Source: Gemmatimonadota bacterium (lineage in GTDB: Bacteria > Gemmatimonadota > Gemmatimonadetes > Gemmatimonadales > GWC2-71-9). Taken from it: a DNA stretch of 15,691 bases. Of the stretch, positions 7,567 through 15,485 are shown one piece after another. The position numbers were made by a program, and so were the translations under genes. Every line of letters starts with the position of its first letter. Within the stretch, counting starts at the first letter, position 1. The stretch covers positions 1 to 15,691 of the forward strand of contig JBDHAB010000057.1 of NCBI GenBank assembly GCA_039588295.1. The letters run 5' to 3'. Below the pieces are notes generated by a model. It was not told where the DNA came from. It saw only the letters and a program-made list of their open reading frames with translations, and made no database searches.

Positions 7567-7677
7567 TCTGCCATCGAGAACGCACAGACTTCGGGTATCG
7601 ACTTCGAGACGCTCGAACGGCTCGCCAAGGCCCTCGAGGTTGATCCTGGCTACCTGATCGTGAAGAAGGGCCGCTGA
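7567..7677 (+). pseudogene. C-terminal half of an XRE/Cro-C1 helix-turn-helix regulator, truncated at the IS right end
   Basis: From the first base after the IS the frame reads SAIENAQTSGIDFETLERLAKALEVDPGYLIVKKGR*, the typical S.IE.......TL..LA.AL.V....L XRE pattern. The N-terminal half is not on the other side of the IS. Confidence 0.8.
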
Positions 7678-7911
7678 CAGTCGCTGGAGACTAGGAAGTG
7701 CCACCGACTGTATCCCACCCCACTGAACCCATAGCCCCCCAGGCCCCCCTATGATTCCCAGGTCCATGTATACAGATTGCGCCCGCCTCCGCGCCGCGCC
7801 TTCTCATTCAGTGCTGGCAAACCCAATCACCCCACCCGACCCTAGGCGCGCCCAAACAGAAATCGCTCAGAATTTGGCGTGTGAGGATTCTGAAAGGGCC
7901 ACACAAAACCA

Positions 7912-7940
7912 AGCCCCGAACGCCGCGTGACGCCGGGGCT
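7912..7940. terminator. Stem-loop agccccg-N15-cggggct, possible terminator
   Basis: 7-bp inverted repeat. The upstream plus-strand aaaacca reads as a T-rich tail on the minus strand. Similar to the hairpin at 8897-8926. Confidence 0.4.
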
Positions 7941-8303
7941 GTTTGGCTCAGAACAGTGCGGCCAGGCAACAAGCTTCGCTACTCGCTACGAGCGCGGATG
8001 CCTATTGCCGTCAGCTTCTTCCTCCTCTGACCGCACAATTCGCTCTGGTGGCTGGTCCAAGTGTTTGCCAATCGTGCGGTGCACCCAGCTATCTTCCCCA
8101 GACCACTCCAACAGCAATGCCACCAAGTCGAGCGGCACGTCAATCACCTTCTGCCACCATCGGCGACGGTATCGCTTCTGCCACTCTTCACCGAATGCTG
8201 CCATAGCCAACTCTGTGGTGCAGCCACACAGTGGGAAAGCACCGTTTAGGGTTCTCCCCAGAACAATATCACTGGGTCTTTCCCTACCGGCGCTATCGGG
8301 TAG

Positions 8304-8825
8304 TCAAGGGCATATGCCCTTGCTCTTTGTTTCGTTGCTGAGGTCACACACCCCCAATTCACAGCCTCGTCTCGCGTCAGAGCATACCTTTGCAGTATCC
8401 CCCAACGTCAGCATGTACGCGCCACGGTTGTTGTAGGCCATCCCGTAACTCGGGTTGAGCTCCAACGCTCGATTGACGTCGGCAATGGCCTGGTCATACT
8501 GGCCTTTCTTGGCATACGCAAACCCACGATTGTTGTAGGCCTCCGCGTAACTCGGGTTGAGCTCCACCGCGCGATTGAAGTCGACGAAGGCCAGGTCATA
8601 CCGGCCTTTGTTGGCATACATTCCGCCACGATTGTTGTAGGCCTCCGCGTAACTCGGGTTGAGCTCCACCGCACGATTGTATTCGGCGATAGCCAGGTCA
8701 TACTGGCCTTGGTTGGCATACATATCGCCACGATTGTTGAAAGCCTCCGGCGTAGGCTGGCATGCGGTGGCCACGAGAATGATAAGGACAGGGACGGAGA
8801 GAAGCTGAGAATACCTCCGGCGCAT
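8304..8825 (-). CDS. TPR-repeat lipoprotein (173 aa)
   Basis: Strong RBS aggaggag before the ATG at 8825. Lipobox ILVATAC. Three to four 34-aa TPRs (AEAYNNRG..YA.KG.YD.AI.D.NRA.ELNP). C-terminal DARRGCELGVC cap. 47-bp identical DNA repeats 102 bp apart (8524-8570, 8626-8672). Confidence 0.9.
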   Translation of the reverse strand: MRRRYSQLLSVPVLIILVATACQPTPEAFNNRGDMYANQGQYDLAIAEYNRAVELNPSYAEAYNNRGGMYANKGRYDLAFVDFNRAVELNPSYAEAYNNRGFAYAKKGQYDQAIADVNRALELNPSYGMAYNNRGAYMLTLGDTAKVCSDARRGCELGVCDLSNETKSKGICP

Positions 8826-8896
8826 GACGGTCTCCTCCTGGCAACCCATTGACGTATGAACGGGTGCCTGCTTAAGCCGAAATACAGTCCACCGAC

Positions 8897-8926
8897 AGCC
8901 CCGAACCCCTGGTGATATTCGGGGCT
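8897..8926. terminator. Stem-loop agccccgaa-N12-ttcggggct between the Sel1 and TPR genes
   Basis: Perfect 9-bp inverted repeat about 45 bp downstream of the Sel1 gene stop. Confidence 0.45.
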
Positions 8927-8970
8927 CAGCTCTTGCTTTGCTCAGCCACTACCACTTCGCATGCCAAGCA

Positions 8971-10923
8971 TCACCGGCACGCCTGTACCACACCACCAAC
9001 GCAGGCTTTCCGGAAGAGGGAAGCAGCCCGGGCCTCATCCTTCGGGACCCCCAGGCCAACATCGTACATGACGCCGAGACTGTAGCAACTCTCTGCCTCG
9101 CCACCGTCGCAAGCTTGCTCGTAGAGGGCGGCAGCACGGCTGGGGTCCTGGGGAACCCCTTGGCCCTCACTGTACCTCAAACCGAGGTCGTGGCAGGCCG
9201 TCGCTATCCCGCTGTCGCAGTCTTCTTGAAGACGGGCAGCATCGGCACGTTCGTGCATGTCACCGAGGTTGTTGCAGCCCTGTGCCGATCCGCCCTCGCA
9301 GGCTTCCTCGAACAAGGAGGCAGCGCGGGCATCGTCTTGGGGTACGCCTTCGCCATTCAGATACATGACGCCCAGGTTGTTGCAGCCCCGCGCATACCAA
9401 CCGTCGCAGGCTTCCTCGTACAGGGAGGCAGCGCGCGCAGCGTCTTGGGGTACCCCCTCGCCTTTGGCGTACATGAAGCCGAGTCCGTAGCAACCCTGTG
9501 CCGCTTCACCCTCGCAGGCTTTCTCGTACAGGGAGGCAGCACCGGCATCGTCTTGTGGGACCCCCTCGCCTTTAGCGTACATGACGCCGAGGTTGTAACA
9601 GCCCAGCGCATACCCACCGTTGCAGGCTACCTCGTAGAAGGAGGCAGCGCGGGCCGCGTCTTGGCGGACCCCCTCGCCATTGGCGTACCGGATACCGAGG
9701 TTGAAGCAGCCTGGCGCATACCCACCGTTGCAGGCTATCTCGTAGAAGGAGGCAGCGCGGGCATCGTCTTTGGGGACCCCCTCGCCACTGGCGTGCAGGA
9801 GGCCGAGTTTGTTGCAGCCCCGGACATCCCCACCGTTGCAGGCTATCTCGTAGAGGGAGGCAGCGCGGGTGTAATCCTGGGAAACCACATCACCACGGTA
9901 GTAGGCGTTGCCGAGGTTGAAGCAGCCCTCCGCAATCCCACCGTTGCAGGCCATCTCGTGGAGGGAGGCAGCGCGGGTGGCGTCCTGACGGACGCCGTAG
10001 CCTTGCAGGTACAGGAAGCCGAGGTTGTTGCAACCCACTGCCGATCCGCCCTCGCAGGCTATCTCGTAGAGGGAGGCAGCGCGGGTGTAGTCCTGGGAAA
10101 CCACATCACCACGGTAGTAGGCGTTGCCGAGGTTGACGCAGCCCTCCACATCCCCACCGTTGCAGGCTTCTTGAAGGCGTGCGGGGCCCGGGGCGGCGGC
10201 TGGAAGCGCGGGGGCCGCTCCAGTGTCTACAGGCTCAACAAGCTCCACACCGTGCCACGGGCAATACTTCCACGCGCCACTGTGAAGCTCTCCGTCAACT
10301 GGACATACCTTTGGGGGTAGCAGCGAACCCAGGGGCAACCGCCACGTGAATTCTTCTTGACCTACCTTGACCGAGAAACGCCCCTCCTCCGTGGCGTCGG
10401 CGATCCGGTGTCCCTGGCCGTCCGTGGCGGGGAAGACGAGCAGTGCAATGTGCTCCCCCATCTCGCCCAGCAAGCCTGCAACCATGGGCTGCCAGATCGC
10501 AACTAGGTTTCTCGTGTCTGCATCGATCTCCTCTTCAGGAAGCGGCCTGTAAGCTCTCCCCTGCCCATCCACAAGCCGAACGCTCTCGCGGAGGTCCGGG
10601 TCCGATACAAACGTGACGCCCCCGAAGGGCCCGACGGTACCATCGAGCACTGCGACAAGTGTGTAGGGGCGCACCACTGCTAGGAGTTCCTCCATTTGCT
10701 CCTCGGTGGCACCAGAACCTTCAGCGGAGCCTCGCCAGAACTCCTCTGGCAACCACCACGCCATGGTCATGGCGTCCGATTTGGGAGTGGATTTCTGGGT
10801 CTCCTCGATCAGGCTGTTGAGGTTGACCCGGTCGAATTGCGCGAAGGCCGGATTGGCCCATGCGAAGCTGACGACCAGGAGGAGCAGCACCATCGCCACA
10901 GTTCGCTTTGGCTGCCATCTCAT
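8971..10923 (-). CDS. Secreted protein: uncharacterised N-terminal domain, putative Zn-ribbon, about 11 Cys-paired Sel1-like (Hcp-type) repeats
   Basis: RBS aaggag. Signal peptide MRWQPKRTVAMVLLLLVVSFAWANPAFA. CPVDGELHSGAWKYCPWHG motif, then a Pro/Ala linker. 36-aa repeats AC.GG...GC.NLG.MY..GEGV.QD..RAASLYE. Confidence 0.92.
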   Translation of the reverse strand: MRWQPKRTVAMVLLLLVVSFAWANPAFAQFDRVNLNSLIEETQKSTPKSDAMTMAWWLPEEFWRGSAEGSGATEEQMEELLAVVRPYTLVAVLDGTVGPFGGVTFVSDPDLRESVRLVDGQGRAYRPLPEEEIDADTRNLVAIWQPMVAGLLGEMGEHIALLVFPATDGQGHRIADATEEGRFSVKVGQEEFTWRLPLGSLLPPKVCPVDGELHSGAWKYCPWHGVELVEPVDTGAAPALPAAAPGPARLQEACNGGDVEGCVNLGNAYYRGDVVSQDYTRAASLYEIACEGGSAVGCNNLGFLYLQGYGVRQDATRAASLHEMACNGGIAEGCFNLGNAYYRGDVVSQDYTRAASLYEIACNGGDVRGCNKLGLLHASGEGVPKDDARAASFYEIACNGGYAPGCFNLGIRYANGEGVRQDAARAASFYEVACNGGYALGCYNLGVMYAKGEGVPQDDAGAASLYEKACEGEAAQGCYGLGFMYAKGEGVPQDAARAASLYEEACDGWYARGCNNLGVMYLNGEGVPQDDARAASLFEEACEGGSAQGCNNLGDMHERADAARLQEDCDSGIATACHDLGLRYSEGQGVPQDPSRAAALYEQACDGGEAESCYSLGVMYDVGLGVPKDEARAASLFRKACVGGVVQACR

Positions 10924-10992
10924 GGGACAATCTCCTTCTGAGTGGTTATCGGGAGCCTGGTTCCGGAGCTACTCCGGGTCCCTGCGGTTCCT

Positions 10993-11709
10993 TCAGGCAC
11001 GGCCTGCACCGCCTCGCTCAGTCAGCCCGCGCACGACCTCGAGTGGTGTTGTGCAGACATACCAGAGCATCGCAGCCGCGACGACGTTAACAGCGATACC
11101 AAGAGGAGGACCGACGTCGCCCAGCTGGATGCTGAGGCTGCTCGTGAAGCCGAAGTCGAGTCCGAACTCGACGGTCGTGCCGGGCCGCACGACGAAGATC
11201 GTCGCGTACACACCGCACGCGAGCTGATAGAGGATCCCGGGTCCCTGTAGCTGCAGGAGCTGGGGGATCAGAGCGAGAACGACCGGGACCGTGGCTCGGC
11301 GCGAGCCACGCACAAGGAGCACTCCGGCGACTCCACACACGGTGTAGTAGCCGAGAAAGAAGACAATGAAGGCAAGCGTTACCACTGATTGCTGGAGGAT
11401 GTCCTCGCCGAAGAGAGACTGGACCAGTGCCCACGTTCCGGTGGCCGCGCCCCAAATGAGGGAGTAGGCAATCAGTCTTGGGGGATTAGCAATCCAACGT
11501 CGCCAGAACGAAGACCCACCGTCGCTCGATTCGCGAGGTGGCCGCTCGGGCGTCACCTCCGCCTGCACCTGCTCACCGAGTTCTCTCGGTCTCTCTGGTG
11601 AGAGCCCCTTGTAGCACGCCTTACAGATGGTCGGAGTTGAGAACCAATACTCCGACGGATACGTGGTGCCGCACTCTTCACATTTCTTACGCGAGGTGGC
11701 TTCCGTCAT
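10993..11709 (-). CDS. Membrane protein with an N-terminal CxxC...CxxC Zn-finger-like motif and 4-5 TM segments
   Basis: RBS gagga before the ATG. CEECG...ICKAC, a charged linker, then several hydrophobic helices. Co-oriented with its neighbours. Confidence 0.7.
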   Translation of the reverse strand: MTEATSRKKCEECGTTYPSEYWFSTPTICKACYKGLSPERPRELGEQVQAEVTPERPPRESSDGGSSFWRRWIANPPRLIAYSLIWGAATGTWALVQSLFGEDILQQSVVTLAFIVFFLGYYTVCGVAGVLLVRGSRRATVPVVLALIPQLLQLQGPGILYQLACGVYATIFVVRPGTTVEFGLDFGFTSSLSIQLGDVGPPLGIAVNVVAAAMLWYVCTTPLEVVRGLTERGGAGRA

Positions 11710-11808
11710 GAAAGGTCCTCGTGTTCACGGCGGTCTTCACCGAATGGCAGCCAGAGCCAACCCCAGCCAATCTCTGACGGCGCAAGCGTCAAGGATCCGT
11801 ACGACCGC

Positions 11809-13365
11809 CTACAAGGGAGAGTCCTTCTGCAGAGTGAACATGAGAGGCATTCGGATGAGCACTCGTACCGCAGCCGTACGCACCCTGCCGGGCCGGAACA
11901 TGCACCCCGCGGTCATTTCCTTGGCTGGTGCCTCAAAGGCCTCATGCGTCGACCGAACCACTTCGATGGTCTCGGGTTCCACGTGACCGTCCGTCTCCAC
12001 CACGAACTGGAGGACGACAGTTCCTTCGATACGCGCCTGCCACATCTCGGCCGGATACTGCGCAGGGGGACACGACACCCGTTCCGGCATCACATCTACG
12101 ACGGCGTCCCGGAATACCTGACCCAAGTCGACCGGACCGGCGGCACTGTCACCAAACACACCGCCCTCCACACCCACGCCACTGAAGTCGCGCGGGTCAA
12201 ACCGCTGACTCAGGTCGATCCCAGGAAGCTCGTGTGGCACCTCGACGGGCGCGATACTGATCACCTGCACACCGGCACCTCGAGCGATGTCCATGGCCGT
12301 GATCACGTCCTGGTATCGACGGTCTGCTGCCACGTGGACGAACATGAGCTTCGCCGGCCGGACGTCGAAGATCGCGTGCAGGTGACGGTCAAGCTCCGAC
12401 AGGAGCACGGGCTCCGTATTGATGGCGTACGACCCGTCCCCGAGCAGTTGCAGCACGATCTGGTTGCCTGAAGCCCACTGCTCCATCCCTTCCGACCAAA
12501 TCTGGACATCCATCGCCGCCCTGCTCAGCGCGATCGCCTCCCCCTCTCGTTCGGCTACGGCCGATAGCACCCGGACACCGGCCTTGCGGGCGATGTCGAT
12601 AACGTCCCCCATGACTTCATACTCCACATTCTGATCCGCGACCACATACAGGACCCGATCCCGCCGCGGTTCGCTGTACACGGGGCTGAGCAGGCCCGTC
12701 AGATTGTCCGTGGAAACCCGGCGCATTGTGCCATCACCGCTGTCCAGGAAGTAGCCGCCGCTGTGATCGATACCGAGGACCACGTCGCCATCTTCGTTTG
12801 GGCGCTGCTCGACGTTCGTCGCGTGTGGCAAGGCGAATAGGTCTCCCATGACGTCCCGGTAGACCTCAGCCTCCGTTGTCGCAGCGCCGTAGTCCAGCAA
12901 CACGTCAATGACATCGGACTGGCTATTCCTGGCCGCGAGCCGCACCGCAGTCATGCCCAGTTGCCCTGTGGCATGGACATCAGCACCATTGTCCAGGAGC
13001 ACTCTCACAACCTCGGCATGGCCGTGAAATGCGGCAAACATCAGGGCGGTGGAACCCATCGGGGCCGCCGCATCTATGTCAGCGCCGTGAGCCAGCAGGA
13101 GCTTCACGAGGTCGACGTGGCCTGCCCCAGCCGCCACCATCAACAGCGTGTTGCCACGTGGGTCCTTCGCATTCGGATCAGCACCGCTCTCGAGGAGCTG
13201 CTTGACCAGTTCCACCTGGCCGTATGTAATCGCCCCCATCAACGTCGCACGTTGCGCGGCAAGGCTGTCCTGCGGTAAGGCCGTGGCGCTCGACGTCCCG
13301 TTCCCGGACACGGCTAGCACCATCACCGCACACCAAACTGTTCTCGTATTCCTCATGACGCACAT
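11809..13365 (-). CDS. Fusion protein: signal peptide, ankyrin repeats, two ExbD/TolR periplasmic domains, TonB linker and C-terminal domain
   Basis: Start probably ATG 13365 (AAGGAG 7 nt upstream), alternatively 13356. About four ankyrin repeats (GNTLLMVAAGAGHVDLVKLLLAHGAD, GSTALMFAAFHGHAEVVRVLLDNGAD). Two ExbD C-terminal motifs (LYVVADQNVEYEVMGDVIDIARKAGV; MFVHVAADRRYQDVITAMDIARGAGV). TonB_C (YPAEMWQARIEGTVVLQFVVETDGHV...FRPGR...VRVLIRMPLMFTL). Confidence 0.88.
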   Translation of the reverse strand: MCVMRNTRTVWCAVMVLAVSGNGTSSATALPQDSLAAQRATLMGAITYGQVELVKQLLESGADPNAKDPRGNTLLMVAAGAGHVDLVKLLLAHGADIDAAAPMGSTALMFAAFHGHAEVVRVLLDNGADVHATGQLGMTAVRLAARNSQSDVIDVLLDYGAATTEAEVYRDVMGDLFALPHATNVEQRPNEDGDVVLGIDHSGGYFLDSGDGTMRRVSTDNLTGLLSPVYSEPRRDRVLYVVADQNVEYEVMGDVIDIARKAGVRVLSAVAEREGEAIALSRAAMDVQIWSEGMEQWASGNQIVLQLLGDGSYAINTEPVLLSELDRHLHAIFDVRPAKLMFVHVAADRRYQDVITAMDIARGAGVQVISIAPVEVPHELPGIDLSQRFDPRDFSGVGVEGGVFGDSAAGPVDLGQVFRDAVVDVMPERVSCPPAQYPAEMWQARIEGTVVLQFVVETDGHVEPETIEVVRSTHEAFEAPAKEMTAGCMFRPGRVRTAAVRVLIRMPLMFTLQKDSPL

Positions 13366-13382
13366 TTGCGAACTCCTTGCCA

Positions 13383-14225
13383 CTACTGCTTGGCCGACTT
13401 CGTCTCGACTTGATCAGTAGAGATCTCATGGGAGTGTATTTCTTTCGGCTGATCGCGCGAGGCTCGAACCACCACGAACCTCTCGATCACCAGACGGTTC
13501 TCGTACGCAACTGTGTACTCGAGGCTAATAACGGCCGCGCCGGTCAGCACGTTGCCGCCAACGTCGGCCTCGATCAGGCTGCGGTTACCGGGACGACCCA
13601 GCGTGTCTCGCGTTGCCGCCAGGCTCGCATGCCACTCGTCCGCTGGTACTCCGCGGAAGAATGACTCGGAGTAGAGGTTCAGTGCGGTGTCAAACTCGCG
13701 ATCGGCTAATGATGCGAAGTAGCCTTCCAGAAACCGATCGGCCTCTTCGGCCAGCGCGATGGTCAGGGATTCGTAGCTCACCACGTGTCCCCGAACGGAC
13801 CACGCGGCGTCGCCGGATGACCTGCGAAGTATCACATTCACGGCACTGCTGCCTTCAGCGTGTTCGGCCTGATACGCCAACTCGACGAACATCTCTCCCG
13901 AGCGGTTAAGCCCAGTGGTGACCTTGACCGTTTCCGGTTTGAGCGAGCGTAGCTTACCCAACTCTGCGTTCACTGCCCCGAGCAGGATCCACGGGGGGTC
14001 AGTGGGGAAGAATTCGCGATCAAGGAAATCCGCGGCGCGCGACGGCGCGGAATCAACTGAGGAGAGGTAGCTTCGCGCATAGGCGTCGGCCTCACCCCTA
14101 ACGCGCTCGAAGTCATAGCTACCACATGCCAAGGCACCAAGGCACGTCGTCATCACGACCGCATAGCCGCAAGTCGCTTCGGCCCTCCGCGGAGTCGCTG
14201 CTGGTCCGTTTGCCACGTGACTCAA
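13383..14225 (-). CDS. Putative lipoprotein with two similar alpha/beta domains (DUF4019/DUF3887-like by appearance); start uncertain
   Basis: Lipobox-like GALAC. Internal duplication: EADAYARSYLSSV...ELGKL...VELAYQAEH versus EADRFLEGYFASL...TLGRP...ISLEYTVAYE. The stop lies just before the RBS of the ankyrin fusion gene. Confidence 0.65.
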   Translation of the reverse strand: MSHVANGPAATPRRAEATCGYAVVMTTCLGALACGSYDFERVRGEADAYARSYLSSVDSAPSRAADFLDREFFPTDPPWILLGAVNAELGKLRSLKPETVKVTTGLNRSGEMFVELAYQAEHAEGSSAVNVILRRSSGDAAWSVRGHVVSYESLTIALAEEADRFLEGYFASLADREFDTALNLYSESFFRGVPADEWHASLAATRDTLGRPGNRSLIEADVGGNVLTGAAVISLEYTVAYENRLVIERFVVVRASRDQPKEIHSHEISTDQVETKSAKQ

Positions 14226-14363
14226 GCCTCGGCGATCATCGCGCGGATCTCACTGGCATACAGCTCTGCCTCTTCCGCTGAGCGGAATTCCGCCAGATCC
14301 AGTAGAGCTTCAGTCCGGTGTCGAAGTCGCGATCGGCCAATGACGCGAAGTAGCGTGCCAGAA
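14222..14363 (-). pseudogene. Mosaic gene scrap containing a diverged 62-bp copy of part of the adjacent lipoprotein gene
   Basis: 14302-14363 matches 13671-13732 at 54 of 62 positions (LARYFASLADRDFDTGLKLY vs LEGYFASLADREFDTALNLY). It is followed in another frame by LDLAEFRSAEEAELYASEIRAMIAEA*, whose TGA overlaps the TTG at 14225. Confidence 0.55.
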
Positions 14364-14897
14364 GTCGCCCCCGGGTGCGTGCCAGGTTAGCCGGTGGCTC
14401 AGCGGTCTCGTCGTCAGGCGGGCGTCACATTGCGGCGTCGGTCAGGCGGCGGGGCCGGGAGGGCCACCGACGGGAATTGTCGTGTCTACGTTCCCCCACG
14501 GTGCAGCCTGGTCAATGCGAGCGCAAGAGTCGTAGAACCGCGACAATTGAAGTGAAACCGTCGGGTATGTCTCTGACGACTTGAGAGTCTTTGTGACGCC
14601 GTTGAGACTACGTTGACACCCTCGTCAGCTGCACCCCATTCTTGGGACGAACTAGCGTGAGACACTGACCATTTCCTGGCGTCCTGGCTGCGGAACGCCG
14701 GTGTCTACCATCGTGTCATGTTCTGCCCGTTCTGTGGCAACGTGATGACGTGTTGGGCGCGAGGCCGCTACGCGCTACAACTGTGTTTTGGTGCGGGTGC
14801 GCCGAATGAGCGGTGGGACGTGTGCGTTCGTGGTGATGCGAGGTGGTTCCGCGCCGGGGGACGGTTTGATTCGTTGACGCGATCCGGCTTAATGGTG

Positions 14898-15485
14898 TTA
14901 GACGGCGCGCATCATGCCTTTCAAGTCAACCCCGACGGTATTGAACAGTCGGTAGCCAGCCCAGATACAGAGGAACCAGAAAATGCAGAAGAACACAAGG
15001 AAGAGCAGTTGGAATGAATCTCTGATATTGAGGCTCCTCATAATATCTTTGCGAAACGGCGCTGATATCAGTGCGAACAAGCCCTTGTTGGGATCTTTGA
15101 GCCGCACCGGCATCAGTGTCTCGGCAAAGCAATCGAGCCAAGCTGCATTGAACTTGTTGGTCCAGGTTTGGTAGCTCTTACTCTCCCGACGAAAGATGTT
15201 GAGCGCCATGAGTCAGACTAGCGCCCCAAGAGTCGACGCCACACCGATAGCAAGGCTGCGATCAGGCTCAGGCAAGCCGGCCGACCGAAAGAGCAGAACG
15301 GCGTCTGCCGTCAGAACAATCGACAGGAGCCACGTGAAGTGCTTCTCCTCTTCCCAGAGCGCGCGGTGATGGGAATCGCGCATCGCGCGTGCTACTTGAA
15401 GCCTCAGGGAGGCGGCGGGAAGTACGTTGTCGTCGGCCTTGGAGGTTTGCTGTGTGTCACGCTCTCGCTCGGACTCGCTCCCCAT
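14898..15485 (-). pseudogene. Small multi-TM membrane protein gene (about 195 codons) interrupted by one in-frame TGA
   Basis: ORFs 15213..15563 and 14898..15209 are in the same frame, separated only by TGA(15215-15213)-CTC. The read-through sequence ...ASTLGALV*LMALNIFRRES... forms one continuous hydrophobic helix. Likely start ATG 15485 after aaagaggg. Composition is visibly more AT-rich than the flanks. Confidence 0.6.

Noticed and set aside
7986..8210. 74-aa minus-strand ORF (WQKRYRRRWWQKVIDVPLDL...)
   Set aside because: Could be a gene remnant, but it has no RBS and no motif I can recognise, so it is not supported as a feature.
8938..10320. 460-aa plus-strand ORF
   Set aside because: Antisense shadow of the Sel1 repeat gene. 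Its periodicity mirrors the Sel1 repeats and it has no independent motif or RBS.
13671..14363. 62-bp pair as a diversity-generating retroelement TR/VR
   Set aside because: Mismatches are not confined to template adenines on either strand, and no reverse transcriptase is in the window.
14718..15017. 99-aa plus-strand ORF beginning MFCPFCGN, with TACCAT 6 nt upstream
   Set aside because: The start resembles a Zn-ribbon, but there is no second CxxC and the last 120 nt overlap the opposite-strand membrane gene. At most a remnant.
15213..15215. Selenocysteine or genetic-code reassignment of TGA
   Set aside because: The codon lies in a hydrophobic helix with no redox motif, no evident SECIS hairpin follows, and TGA terminates several intact genes in this window.
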